Below are positions 35,132 through 47,366 of a DNA stretch of 64,000 bases, in pieces. The stretch comes from Cyanophora paradoxa CCMP329 (taxonomy: Eukaryota; Plantae; Glaucophyta). How positions within the stretch are numbered: the first letter of the stretch is position 1; every line of letters starts with the position of its first letter. Below the pieces are notes generated by a model, which was not told where the DNA came from, searched no databases, and worked only from the letters and a program-made list of their open reading frames with translations. Made by a program: the position numbers and the translations under genes. The DNA lies in contig QPMI01000601.1 in assembly GCA_004431415.1 (NCBI GenBank), positions 286,628 to 350,627 on the forward strand, given 5' to 3'.

Positions 35132-38100
35132 ATGCCGAAGCAGGAGCAGCTGCTCGCGCTCGCGCACGAGACGCTTGTGAGGCTGGAAGCAGACCCGGAC
35201 CCACGGTCGCAGGCTCGCCGGATCGATGACCTTCGGCGCGTTCTGCTGGCAGTCTCGCCGGAGCTGCGCCTCGCCCCGTTCGCACAGGTGATCAATGATG
35301 CCGGCGAGTGTACGCGACGATTCGCCCTGACGCCCGTGCAGCTCATCGAGCGGGACCTGGCGCCCGCGTGGAAGGGCTTCCTGGCGCAGCACCTCGAGTA
35401 CCACCTGCGCCCGTGCCGCGTGCTCTTCAGCGTCGCCGGTTCGCTCCCGCTGGGCGCGCGCCAGGCAGGCTCTTAGCCGGGCGCGCTCCGACCCCCGCCG
35501 GCCGCGCAGGCTCCGAGCACCGCATCCACCACCACTTCCTCCCGCCCTTCCCACCGGCGGAGCGGGCTGGTCTGGCACGGAGCGGGCCGCCGGACGCGCG
35601 TCTGGCGCGGCTTGCGTACCTGCACGCCCTGGCGAACCGGGCGCCGCCCTCCTGGTTCGAGCGGCGGCAGGCGTCGGACCCGAACTTCGCGCCGGCGCTC
35701 CTCGCCGCCGTCGCCGAGCGCGCCCTCCACCTCGTCGCCGCCGGCAGTCCGCCCCCCCGCCCCGCCCCGCCCCCCGCCCCGCAGCGAGCCCAGCCGACCC
35801 GCCGCCCCGCCCCGCCCCGCGCGCAGACGCGGCGGACGTGGGGAAGAACCCCGCGCTGTGGGCCGAGTGGCTCTCCTTCGCCGACGTCTTCAACCTCCTC
35901 GTCCTCCAGGGGTACGCCCGCCCCGCCGCGGGGGGGTGCACCGGGGCGCCCGCCGACCCCCCGCAGCTGGGTCTCCCTCTCCGAGCTGCTGGGGGCCCTG
36001 CGGGAGGCCCACGGGGGCCGCCTACCCCTCCCCCACCCCCGCGCCGACGGCCTCCTCTACCTCTTCGCCCAGGCCCTCCGTGCGCCCGCGTACCCCCGGC
36101 CCCTCCCGCGCCCCGCCCCCGACGCCCCGCGGGGGTACAGCCCTCGAGGTCATCAAGGCACAGCTGCAGAACGACCTCCGCTCGCCGGTGCGCCCCGCGC
36201 CCGCCCGCCCGTCTCCGCACCCTGTACCTCCCCCGAAACTCCCTCCCCCCCGGCTCCCAGGAGGGCGGCTTCACGTGCGCGCTCTTCGAGAGCTTCCGGC
36301 TGCCGTGCCCCTTCGACGAGAAGGGCCCGATCCCGCCCCCCGACGACCAAGCCCTCCCCGTCGGCCTCTGGTCCCTCGCCATCGCGGTACCCCTCCCCCA
36401 GACGTCCCCCCCTTCCGGCGCCGGCTCGGGCCGAGGCGCCCGCGCAGGTCCACCGCGTGACGCTGCTGACGGGCCGCGCGGGCTCGTCGGGGGCCCCGCC
36501 CCCTCCGCCCCCGCCCCACTTCCCCGGCGCCGTCCGCATCAACTCCATCATTCGCGTGCGCCGTACCCCCGAGCGCCCCGCGCCGCCGCGCCGCGCCGCC
36601 GTCCGACGGGGCGCGCCGAGGCAGGAGCGGCACTTGTGGGCGCTGAACTACTGCATCGGTTCCATCCGCCGCCTCTACGACCGCAGTGCGCCCCCGCCCC
36701 GCGGGCCACCCGGCCGCCCGAGGCGCGGGGCCTAACTCCGCGGCAGTGACGCAGCCGGCGGCGCCGGGGCAGCCGGCGGCCCCCATGGACCCCTCCCAGG
36801 TGCCCCGCGCCCCGCCGCCCGCCCCCCGCCCGCCCGCCCACCCGCCCGCGCGCGCTCAGATGGAGCCGGCGGACCGCGAGCGCATCGTCGTCATCTCCCA
36901 CGTCATGTCCCAGGCGCACCCGTACCCCGCCATCCCACCCCCCCCCTCCCCCCCTTCTGACGCGCGGGGGCGTAGCCGGTGGCGCAGTGCCTGTGGAACT
37001 GGGCGGTGCACTGCGGGACGGACCGGGCGCGGCCGCGGCCCTTCCCCTCGGCCTTCGTCGCCTCGCTCTCCGCGCACTGCCGCTTCCGCCTCCTCGTCGA
37101 GTTCATGGAGCCGTGGCTCCTCCTCGACTCGACGGCCCCGGCCCCCGCCGTCCCCCAGGGGGCCACGCCCCTCCCCCAGGGGGCCCTCCCCCCCGCCCTC
37201 TTGGAGACGTACGCGCGGGTGCTGTACACGACGGCGGCGACGGTCTCGCGGGCGACGCGCCTCGCCGCCGTCCCGCGCAACCTCGAGCGCCTCCGCTTCG
37301 CCCCCGCCCTCCTCGACCTCCTCACCTACCGCCTCTTCCGCTTCCTCCGGTGCCCCGCCCCGCCCCGCCCCGCCTGCACCCGCGCCTCACGCTCTCTCCC
37401 ACCCCGCAGGTACCAGGGCACCCTCGGCTCGGCGGTCGCCGACGTCTCCTCCGCCATGCAGGCGCGTACCCCCCTTCCCCTTCCCCCGCCATCTCGGGGG
37501 GGGCCTGCGTGACGGGCCCCCGCAGGCTGCGTTCCCCCAGAACCACTCCCCCTTCCACTCCGCCGAGGCGTTCTGCCTCAAGGTGACTCGTACCCCTCCG
37601 CGAGATTGCCGTACCCCCATCCCTGACACCCCGGCAGGCGGCGTCGGTGCTTGACCTCCCTTGGCCTTTCCCCCCCGTGCCCCATCCGCCCGCCGCTGCC
37701 GCCCCGGCGTCCGCCTTCGTCTCCTGCCCACTCGGTACCCTCGCCCGGCACTCCCCCGCGCGATCCCTCGCCCGGCCTCACTCTCTCCTCAGGCGAGCTG
37801 TACCCCCGCGCCCTGCTCTTCGCCCTCCCCCGCATCCTCTCCATCGCGTCCCGGTACCCCCGCCCCTGCACCGCGCCGCGTGCCGGCGCCGAGCGCCCCG
37901 CAGGGCGGGGGCGGCGGGGGCCCTCCCGCCGGGCGAGCCGTCCCCCCTCGCGCCCGCCGCGGAGGCCGACTGCGTTGCCGTGCGCCCGCCGCCCGCCGGG
38001 CGAGATCCCGTACCCCTCCTCACGCCCTCCCCCCCTCAGGTGATCGAGGCGCTGTTCAACGGGCCGCGGCCGGTGACGAACGGGTGGGCCTTTGCGGCGG

Positions 38101-41100
38101 CGGCGCGGGCGGCGGGGGTGCCCCCCGGCCCCCTCCGCGACTGGGCCGCCAAGCAGAGCCCCCTCCCCAAGGCCCCAACCGTCTACATCCGCGACAAGGC
38201 CCGCATTCCTCCCCTCTCACTCACCCTCTGTACCCCCCCTGAGCCCGCGGCAGATCACGAAGGACGCGTCGCGGCTGCGGCCGCTGTTCGTGGCGGACTC
38301 GTCGGCGGCGGGGATCATGGGCGGGGCGCCGCGCCCCGCGGCCCAGGCCGACGGCGTCCACCTCAAGCAGGCCTTTGAGCGCGACCCCGAGGTCCCCGCT
38401 ACCCCCCGCCCCTTCCTCCCCCCCCTCCCCCCGCTCACAGCTGAGCTGGGCGCGGGGGGGGCCACAGATCCGGCGGCTGGCGCTCATCCTCGTCTTCTGG
38501 TTCATGCTCTCCGGCGCCCGCAACGCCGTCAACTACAACGGTGCCGTACCCCCCGGCCCCGCCCCGCCCTCCGCTTCCTTGCTCACCGCCCCCTCAGCGG
38601 TGAAGCGGGCCCTGGCGTCGAGCAGCCCGCAGGAGATCGAGGCCTGCGAGTTCTCCCTGGTGCCCTCCTCGCACCCCCTCGCGCCCCGTACCCCCCCAAC
38701 ACTTCCCCCCCCCCAGATCGACTTCGTGCTGGACGAGTCGTCGCTGGTGGTCCTGCCCCTCTCCCACGCCCTCCTCCAGCCCCAGGCGCCCCTCCCCGGC
38801 CCCTCCCCCGCCCCCCGCCCCCGCCCCCCGCCTAACGCCCCACGGGCAGTACGGGGCGGCGCTGGCGCAGGAGGGCCCCGCGGTGCTCGCCGCCGTCAAC
38901 CGCGCCTCGGACGTCATCCTCGCCGAGGTCCGGGCCGGGCCGGGGGGAGGGCCACGCGACGCCTCGCCTGACCGCGCCCGGGGGGGCCGGGGGCTGCGGG
39001 CAGACGGCGGGGGTGATCGGGGACCTGGTGTGGCAGCACGGCCTCCTCCGCTTCGAGTCGGTCGCCTCCGCCCTCGCCTTCCGCCTCCCGAACAGGCGCC
39101 CCGCCCCCCTCGCCCCTCCCCTTCCCTTCTCAGCGGCGCCGGCGCAGCGTGAACGCGGCGCTGCTCCTCGAGCAGCTCGTCGTCCGCTCCCCCTACCTCG
39201 ACCAGGTCCCCCCGCCCCGGCCCGCCCTCCGCCCCGGCCCCTTCTCACACCGCCCCGCCCCGCACGGTCGCTCCCAGCGCGTGGCGGCGTGGTGCGGCGG
39301 CGGCGGCCCGAAGCGGTGCCCGTGGGAGGACGAGGAGGGCGTCGTCAAGGTGCCTCTCGCTCCGGCCCCGCCCTCCTTTGGAAACGAGGGGCGACGGGGC
39401 ACGGGCGGCGCGCAGCTGGCGCAGCACAGCGCACAGTTCCCGGACCCCTACTTCCTCCACTCCGCCCCCGACGCCCCGTGCGCCCTCCTTTCCCCCGCGC
39501 TGGGCCGCGCGGCGCCCCTCTAAGGCGGCGGGGCAGGCCGCGGGGGGCGGTGGTGAGCGGGCAGGCCCTCGCGGCCTCGGCCCAGCAGCTCATCGCCGCC
39601 TCCGCCTCGGGCGTCGGCGTGTGCGTGCCGGCCCCCGCCCCCACCCCCCCGCCCGCCGCCGCCTGCTGAGTAGCCTCAGGCCGGCGGGGCGCGGGGCGCT
39701 GCGGCTCGTGGAGGTTGCGGCGCTCGTCCTCGCCGCCGCCCTCGAGGCCGGCAACGAGCGCCTGTGCGCCGGGCCCTCCTCCCCCTCCTCGCCCCCGCCG
39801 CCTCGCGCTGAGCGGAGGGGCGGGGCGGGCAGGCTGACGATGGCGGCGGACAAGTACGCGGGGCTCTTCGCGCACGCGGACGCCCCCGCGGCGCTCGCGC
39901 TGCAGCTGCTCCACTGCCACCGCGTCGACTCCCCGCTCCTCGCGGGGCCCACCGCCCACCCCGCCCGCTTCTCCCTCGTCGCCCTCCTCGGCCCGCCCCC
40001 GCCCCGCCCCCGCCCTGCTCGTCCCTCGCGGGGCCTGACGGGGCCTCGCGGGGCAGACCCCGGGGCGGCCTCCTTCACGCCGCTCTTCCGGGCGCACGCG
40101 GCCGGCGCCTGGGACCGCGCCATTGCCATGCAGGCGCCCCGCCCCTCTCCCCCGCCCCGCCCCGCCCCGCGCCCTCTGACGGGGCCGCAGGGCGCGCCCC
40201 CGCCGCCCCTCCCCGCCCTCCTCCACATCCCCGAGCTCCTCTCCTCCCTCGTCTCCCGTGCGCCGTACCCCTCCCGAGCGCGGCGCGTCGTACCCCGCCC
40301 CGACGCCGGCGCCGCCCCCGCAGACGTGCCGCTGGTGGCCGGCTCCGGCGCGCCCGGCGACTTCGGTACCCCCGTGCGGGGCGCCTCGGGCCTCGACCTC
40401 TTCCACGAGCTCCCCAGCCACGCCAGCAGGCCCGTACCCCCCTCCAACCGGGCTCGGCGTACCCCCCTGAGGCCAGGCGCGCAGGGCGATGTACGGGGCG
40501 CTGCTGGAGGTGCTGGCGGGCCCCGGTACCCCCCAGGACGTCGGGCAGGCCTGCCTGGCCGCCGCCGTTGGCCTCCCCGAGCCCCCCCCGGGCGCCCCCG
40601 CCGGCGCCGGCGCCCCCGCGGGGCCGCTGGCGCACTGCAGCGCCGCCGGCTGGCTCCTCGCCTCGCTGCCGGGGCCCTACGCGGCGGCCTTCCTGCAGGC
40701 GGCGCGGGGCGCCCTGCCGCAGCTCCGCCCCGCCTTCGCCGTGCTCTCGGGACCCCGGCCGGCGTCGCCGCCTGCCTCGCGGGGCCCGAGGCCGCCGGCG
40801 AGGGCCCCTTCGCCCCGCCGGCTCCCGCCGCAGCTCCTCCTCGCGACCCTGCACGCCCTCCTCCACTACACCGCCGCCTCGCCCCCGCCGCCCCTCCCGC
40901 CGGGCCTCTTCGCGCCCCTCCCGCCCCCCGCCGCCGCCGCCCGCCTCTCCGCCCTCGCCGCGCCCGTCCTCCTGCCCCTCCTGGAGGGCCTCGAGCTCGC
41001 CTCGTACCCCTCCCCGGCCGCCCTCGCCTGGGCCCTCCGCCTCGCCTCCCCCTTCCTCCCCGCCGAGGGGCCCCTGCCCCCCAGCTGGGCCAGGGTACGC

Positions 41101-41342
41101 CCGCCCCCCGCGCCGCGCTCGAGCCGCGTACCCCCCCTCTACCTCCGGCCGAGCGCGTGCCCGCGCAGGCGGTGGAGCTGCTGGAGGGGGCGGCCCCCGC
41201 GTGCCTCGCCGCGTCGGGACCCGCCTCCCTCGAGCGTCGCGCCTGGGACAACTTCTCGTGCGCCCCGCACCCCCGCTTCCCCTCTTTCCCTCACGCGGCC
41301 CCCAGATACGCGTGCTCCCTGCTGCGGCGCGGGGCGGGGTAG
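35132..41342 (+). CDS. MED23: Mediator subunit 23-like protein (spliced, many introns)
   Basis: LPPALLETYARVL (cf. MED23 LAPALVETYSRLL), LLDLLTYRL (LLEMFSYR), PQNHSPFHSAEAFCLK, ELYPRALLFALPR (ELNRALILTLAR), IDFVLDE and IGDLVWQHGLLRFESVASALAFR (LNDMVWKYNIVTLDRLILCLAMR), in the expected order. Confidence 0.75.
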
Positions 41343-42589
41343 CCAAGCCGGAGATGCTCGATTTTTCTGTCCAAATTTAGATCGGTATCGTAGAGTTCGC
41401 GCCTACACGCATTGCAATTGGTTTGAAGCCCTGTTCGTATTGGAATTTTGTCCTGCCATGGCACATGTACATCTGCACAGACTGCTAAAGAGGTAGCTTC
41501 CCATGACGTATGGTGGCCCCCGGCCCGCGCGCGGCGCCGAGCCGCGATCGTCGGATGATCATGATATCGTCGTCATATCGATGATGATAATTATAACTCA
41601 CAAGGCAAAGCTTCAGTAGTAGTGGTGGCATGTCATTGCATGATAATCATCGATATCTAGCTATATATAACCTATAGCTAGCTATAGAAGCCTAGCCTAG
41701 TAAGGCCGGGCTAGTAAGTAACAGCAGCATAAGGTGGAACTTCGGAAATGGCCTGATCATGATCTTGAACTTGACACTGTGACATGAAGCTTAAGGTGTC
41801 TTCTCCGGGGGGCCGGGACCGTGCGGGACGGTGATCCGATGATCCGATGATCATGACCGTCGAACGGCATGCAATTGCAAGGTTAACGGCGCAACGCTGC
41901 GCGCTGTGCCCGCACTGCCCGCAGTGCCCGGTGGCCCCGGTGCGCCGCCATATGCATGGCCAGCGCGCGCGCATCGTGCGAACTTTTCCGCGGCGCATGA
42001 ATACAAGCATGCATTAGGTGGAAATGGCCTGAAGGTGTCTCCTCCGGGGGCCGATTCCGATGAAGCGTCGCACCGAATCCGAAGGAGCAACTTCCCATCG
42101 AACACATTGCATTCTTGCAGCTGAACACCTTTCATTGCGGCAGGCACTCCACAGTCTCCACTTAGTTTTTCCGAATTTTTCCAAATTGGGAATGGGGCTT
42201 TCGAACGGCGGAGCCGCGGAGGTTCGAAAACGCCACGACGAATCTCCGCCACTGAAAAAACAACTGGGCATATGCCAACTTCATCCCCCCTACCGGGACA
42301 AAACGTCGGACGGCCCAAAAATTGGCGCCAGCAAAACCGCATCTCAGACGACACATGCGAGGCGACGACTGCTCCTCGCTCCTTCGAGATTCGCGCGCCA
42401 GCGTGCATGAGCGCATGCGCAACTAGTTTTGTGAGCACCTAGCGGGACCACTTTGACGCAACCGGATCGCGCTACTCATCCTCCAGCGTGGCAGTTGCCG
42501 GCGCCGACTCGTTGACTACCATACGGCCCGTATTCCCAGCGATCAGTACAGCTTCAACAAGTTAACAGAGAGCAATAGAAGCGCGCAAG

Positions 42590-43926
42590 ATGGTCGGACA
42601 CGCCGGCAAGCGCGCCCTGCAGGCGCTCCCTTTCAGCGATGTCTGGGGTCGTCCCCATGTGTTGCTCATCAGAAGGGCGAAGTGCTCCGGCACACTTAGG
42701 ACCGAAAGCGGTTCTTTTCTGGACCTAGTGGCCAGCGCTGCGATGGCGCTCCACATTTCATATGCCTCTCTTCTCAAGGACCACCGCTACGCTTCCCTGC
42801 AGTCGATTGTGGACCTCCTCGTCGGCAGGTATGCGCGTTAGTGTGTGATCTAGCCTCGTGCCAACTCCGCCTGGCTGATCCTGGTCCGCCACGTGCAGCG
42901 CATCATACGAGCCACCTGTGCCGGGCCCCGAGTTGACCCTGCGGGAGCGCCGCCTCGCGACCAACGGCCAAGCCCTCCAGGACCGCATGGTCGACACGGC
43001 GAGCCGCGGATACATTAGGTACGCGCAAACGCTGCGTAGCAGCCCCAGCCTCCGAGGTTCAGCCGGTGACCCTTCGCTCGCAGTGCCATTCCAAGCCCCG
43101 GGACGGCCAAGGAGCTGTCCGTTGTAACTGAATTCGGCGTCTACAAGCCCGACCCTTCCTCCGTCGTCGATTCGCGCGGCGAGTGGCCCTCGCCCCGGGA
43201 GGTCGGCCCCCTTGCGCCCCCCCCCCCGAATCTTCCTTTTCGCCGGTCTCCTGACGCGCCCGCGGGCCTCAGATCCTCTTCCGGCGGCACAAGATCGTGC
43301 TCCCGTGCGACGACGAGTGCTGCCTAGAGGCGCCGGCCGCGCCCCTCGTCCCCGGCCTCGCCGCCTCGGCGCCCATCGACATCCCCTCGCCGACCCTCCT
43401 CCTCTCGCCCGTCCCCTCCTCCTCCCTCCTCTCCTCTTCCTTCGCCTCCGCCGCTTCGGCGCCGTTCCCGGCGGCCTTCTGCGGCGGGGCGCCGCTGGCG
43501 GCGGGCGCGCAGCCGCGGCGGCCGGCGTCGGCGCCCTCGTGCATGCTGGACGCGGCGCTGTGCGCGCTGCTGCAGACGACGCTGGACGCGCCGCCGTCGG
43601 CCTCGGGGGCCTCGCCGGGCTCCTTCTCCCTCCCCGCCTGCTCCCCCGCCTCCTCCCTCGCCTCCCTGCCCCGCCTCGTCTCCGCCGCCGCCTCGCCCCT
43701 CCCCTTCACCCCCGCCGCCGGCTTCCCCTACGCCTTCGGCCCCGACGCGGCCGTGCCGGGCTGGGCGCAGGCGCCGGCGCGCAGCGAGTCGCCCCCTGCG
43801 TGCTCGCGCCTGCGCCCGTGCTCCTCGGCCGTCGTGCCCAAGGCCGTGCGGCCCATCCGCAAGCAGCCGGCCAAGTCCAGGCGCACCCTCGCCCTCGGAT
43901 TCCCCCAGGCCCACCACGCCTTCTAG
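42590..43926 (+). CDS. Hypothetical protein, four exons, Ser/Pro/Ala-rich C-terminus
   Basis: GT-AG introns starting near 42829, 43019 and 43202 join open exons; final exon ILFRRHKIVLPCDDECC...SAPIDIPSP...QAHHAF*, followed by an AT-rich 3' region. Confidence 0.6.
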
Positions 43927-44502
43927 GCGGCGAGCCCCTGTCCGGCCGACCCCGCCGAGTGCCCCGATCTCCTGCCTCCACCCTCTATCTTTGCCCTTGT
44001 ACGATACGCGCCCTTCTGCCATCGACCGGCCCCCCGTGCAAGCTCCTGTACCCACTGTACCTTTGTAAAGCTCTTCAGTGCTGTTGTACATGTGTGCCCC
44101 CCCTGTTTTGACCTCCTCTCTGAGTCTTTTTTTTATCATACTTTCAATAAGTACGTCAACAATCTCGTGTAAAGCGATATTTCACTTTATGAACTTCGTG
44201 TACCACCCGTGAATACATGTAAAAGGATTTAACCAATTCTCGAACGTCGTCACTGAGTCACGTCAACGCTGACAATCTGGTCCAGGCTACTAAGCTAAGA
44301 GTCTGTGGCCATGTATGAGGGGGTAAACCTTCATGGCGACTGCAGGCTGAATCATGATGAGTCTACGAGTTCGATTCAAATCCGTATACACACTGCGGCA
44401 TTCATGCGCGATGCACGTATCAGTTCTGGGAGCTACGGAACCTAAGATGCATCCTTATCTGTACACTTGGGCGCCATGAGACGGGGGCCTCACGCGTCAT
44501 GA

Positions 44503-46973
44503 TCAGGCGGTGGGGTGGGGCGGGGCGGGGGCCTCGGGGGCGTCGAGGAGGTCGAGGACGTAGCGGACCCCCTCGAGGTTCTCCCCGAAGAGCTTCGTCG
44601 CCACCTCCCCTGCACCCCGCTCGCTTGGGGAGGGCGGCGGCGCAAGGCGGCGCGGGGCGGGGCGCCGGCGCACCGATGCGGACGGGCGAGGGGCTGACGG
44701 GCCCGAGGGGCGCGAAGATCGGTGTCCCCGCGTTCGAGCGCTCCTCCAGCGGCGCCCGCGCCGCACCCGGCGCCGCCTTCGCCGCCGAGGAGGGCGCGAA
44801 GGGCGGCACGGGCTTGCGGCCCGAGGCCGGGTGGTCGAGGCGGGGCGGCGGGGCCGGCGGGGCGCGCGGCCGAGCGCGGCGTGGTGGTGGCGGCCGAGGC
44901 GGGGCGGGCGGGGTGGCGCGGGCGCCGCCGCCGCGCGCGGCGACGGCTTGACGAACGCGGAGAGGCTCGTCAGGCTCGCGCTCACCGCCGCGCCGCGCAC
45001 CGGCGTGCGCGGCGCGGGGCCGGCGGCGGCCTTGGCGGGCCTGGCCGAGGCGGGGCGCCCGGGGGTCGTCGCGGGGGCCTTCGCGAGCACCAGGGACTGG
45101 GAGAGGGGGTTCGCCCGGCGCGCGGCGGCGGAGGGGGCCGGGGCGGGGCCGGCGGGGCGTGGGCCTTTGGGGCGGGGCCGGGGTGGGAGGGCGGGGGCTT
45201 GGCGGCCTCGAGCTCGGGAGGAGGGGCCGGCCGTCGGCGGAGAGGTACGGGATGCCCGTGTCGGCCTCGAGGCGCCGCAGGGCCGCCGCGAGGCGCGCCT
45301 CGAGCTTCGGCGCGTCGTGCTCCAGCCGCGTCCGCAGCTCCAGCTCGTGCCGCATCGCCGCTGCCGCCCCGCCCTCGGCGAGCGCGGGGGCGGGGCGGGG
45401 CGGGGCGTGGGGCGGACCCATGCCGTTGCGGGAGCGGTCCATGAGGCGCGCCGGGTTGCTGCGCGCCGCCCTCAGACCTCGTCCCCGGCGCGGGCCCGGG
45501 CCGAGCAGCGTCCAGCGGGGCGGACCTGATGAGGGCGGCGTACTCGGCGCGGAGGCTGGCGAGCTCCTCCCGCCGCTTCACCATCCGCTCCACCGCCTCC
45601 CGCGCCGCCACCTGCCCGCCCCACCCCCCGCGTCGGCTGCGCGGCGGGGCGGGGCGGGGCGGGCGGGGGGCGGGCGGGGGCGCACGGCGGCCTTGCAGCG
45701 GGCGATCTCGGAGGAGATGGCGGCGAGGGTCTCGGGGTTTGCCTCCCCGAAGGCCGCGAGGAGGGCCCCCTGGCGGGCCGCGTCGTAGCCGACCTGCCCG
45801 TACAGGCCCCGCAGCACCTCCCGGGCGCTCCCCAGCAGCCGCCCCACCTCCGAGTCCAGCTGCCCGCCCCGTCAGCGGCCGCCCGCGCTCGGGGCCGCGA
45901 GGGGCGGCGCACGGCGCGGAGGCCCTCGGGAGCGAGGGAGGAGCGGCCGGCGGCGCGGGCGCGGAAGGAGTCGCGGTCCTGGGGCGTCAGGCTGAGGGCC
46001 GCGAAGAGCGCCTGCATCTCGTCCTTGGCGCGGTCCCGCTCCGCCTCCCGCGCCGCCTTCACCGCCTCCCACTTCTCCAGCAGCGCCTTCAGCTCCGCCA
46101 GCCTGCGCGGCCGCCCGGTCGGCGGCGCCGGCGGGGCGGGGCGGGCGGGCGGCGGGGCGCGCGTCGCGTCGGCGAGGCCGAGGGCGTCGCCGCGGAAGAC
46201 GGCGAGCTCGAGGCCCGCCGCCAGCTCCGACTCCGCCACCCCGAGCCGCGTGAAGAGCGCCTCCAGCGCCTCCGCCGTCTCCGCCACCTGCCGGCCGCCG
46301 GCCGCTCAGCTCGCCGCGGATCAAATCTGCGGCGCGGATCAAATCTGACCTCGCGGGAGCGCTCCTCCTTCCGGCGCCGGGCGTCGGCGAGCGAAGCGGC
46401 CGAACGCTGGACGGCGGCCTCGGAGAGGTCTTCGAGGGCCGGCGCGGCGGCCGCGTCGGTCGAGGAGCCGCGGAGCAGCTCGTCGGTCGCCACCACCTCG
46501 CGGTGCGCCTCCAGCACGGCGGCCTCGCGCTCCATGCGGATCTATTGGAATATCAGAGGAGAAGGGGGTGCAGAGGAGGCTCGGGCGAGCCTCCTGCATC
46601 GCCACGATCGTCTCGGAGCAGAGCTGGAGCAGCTTGTCGACCGGGTGGCTGATGCTGGGGCCGTCCAGGGCGCCGCTTGGAGCGTGTTTTCCAAGCAATT
46701 TTGAAAGGGACTGCGTGGGCAGAGGGAGGGGCGGTGTCGGGGCCAGGGTGGCGCTAGAGCCCGGAGCTAAACCGGTACGCTACGCACCCGAAGCTCGTCC
46801 TGAAGAGCAACCAACTGCTTCTTCAAAGAAGCCGCAGACTCTTTGCCAACGGCTATGATGGCGCCGATCTTCGTGCGGACTGCCTCAAGCTCAGCATCGC
46901 AGAAGGCGGGCGAGAACGACGCCCTCAACTCGCGCTCGTACTGAGCTAGGTCTTCTATCTCTTTCTCCAGCAT
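44503..46973 (-). CDS. MAP65/Ase1/PRC1-family microtubule cross-linker (spliced)
   Basis: Long coiled-coil with family-like segments EDLSEAAVQR, LEALFTRLG, MQALFAALSL, MRHELELRTRLEHDAPKLEARLAAALRRLEADTGIPYLSADGRPL (cf. PRC1 LLKEEKQR..LPKLEEELK..WE....F...G); basic disordered tail with a D-box RAPLEERSN (44732-44758). Confidence 0.75.
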
Positions 46974-47366
46974 CGCGCTGCTTCGAATTCTGCCGACCAG
47001 CTGTGCGGTACTCGCCGACCGTTTGAGTTGGGTCCGCGCGCGGCTGTACCCCCGAGATCAAATTTGCCACGTCAACACACAGACTGGAGCTTTTCCTTCC
47101 ACAGCTTCGCTGTGCATGAGCTCCAGCTACGTATACGGTCCGGTACAAATGCTCTAGATCTAGCTCCGATATCGATATCGATGATCTTGCGTGTCAAGCT
47201 TAATTCATAAGCTTAAGAGAGACAGCTGCAGACAGGCCCTAGGCCTGCTCTGGGCATGCGCACATGTACGGAACTGAAATTACGATAAGGAATAGATACA
47301 GATAGTGAACGAATAAGAGACGGGCTACTGGCCATGGCTATGCGCGCGGCGCCGGCCGGCTATAAG

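Noticed and set aside
41731-42058. Short interrupted direct repeats (GGAAATGGCCTGA; AAGGTGTCTyCTCCGGGGG) as possible mobile-element ends
   Set aside because: No terminal inverted repeats, target-site duplication or transposase remnant visible.
42985-43020. MVDTASRGYI resembling the RNA polymerase bridge helix
   Set aside because: Too short, with no other polymerase motifs in the gene.
5472-46346. Small intronic tandem duplications (about 5472-5510, 11395-11416, 46316-46347)
   Set aside because: Ordinary slippage-type duplications, unrelated to each other.
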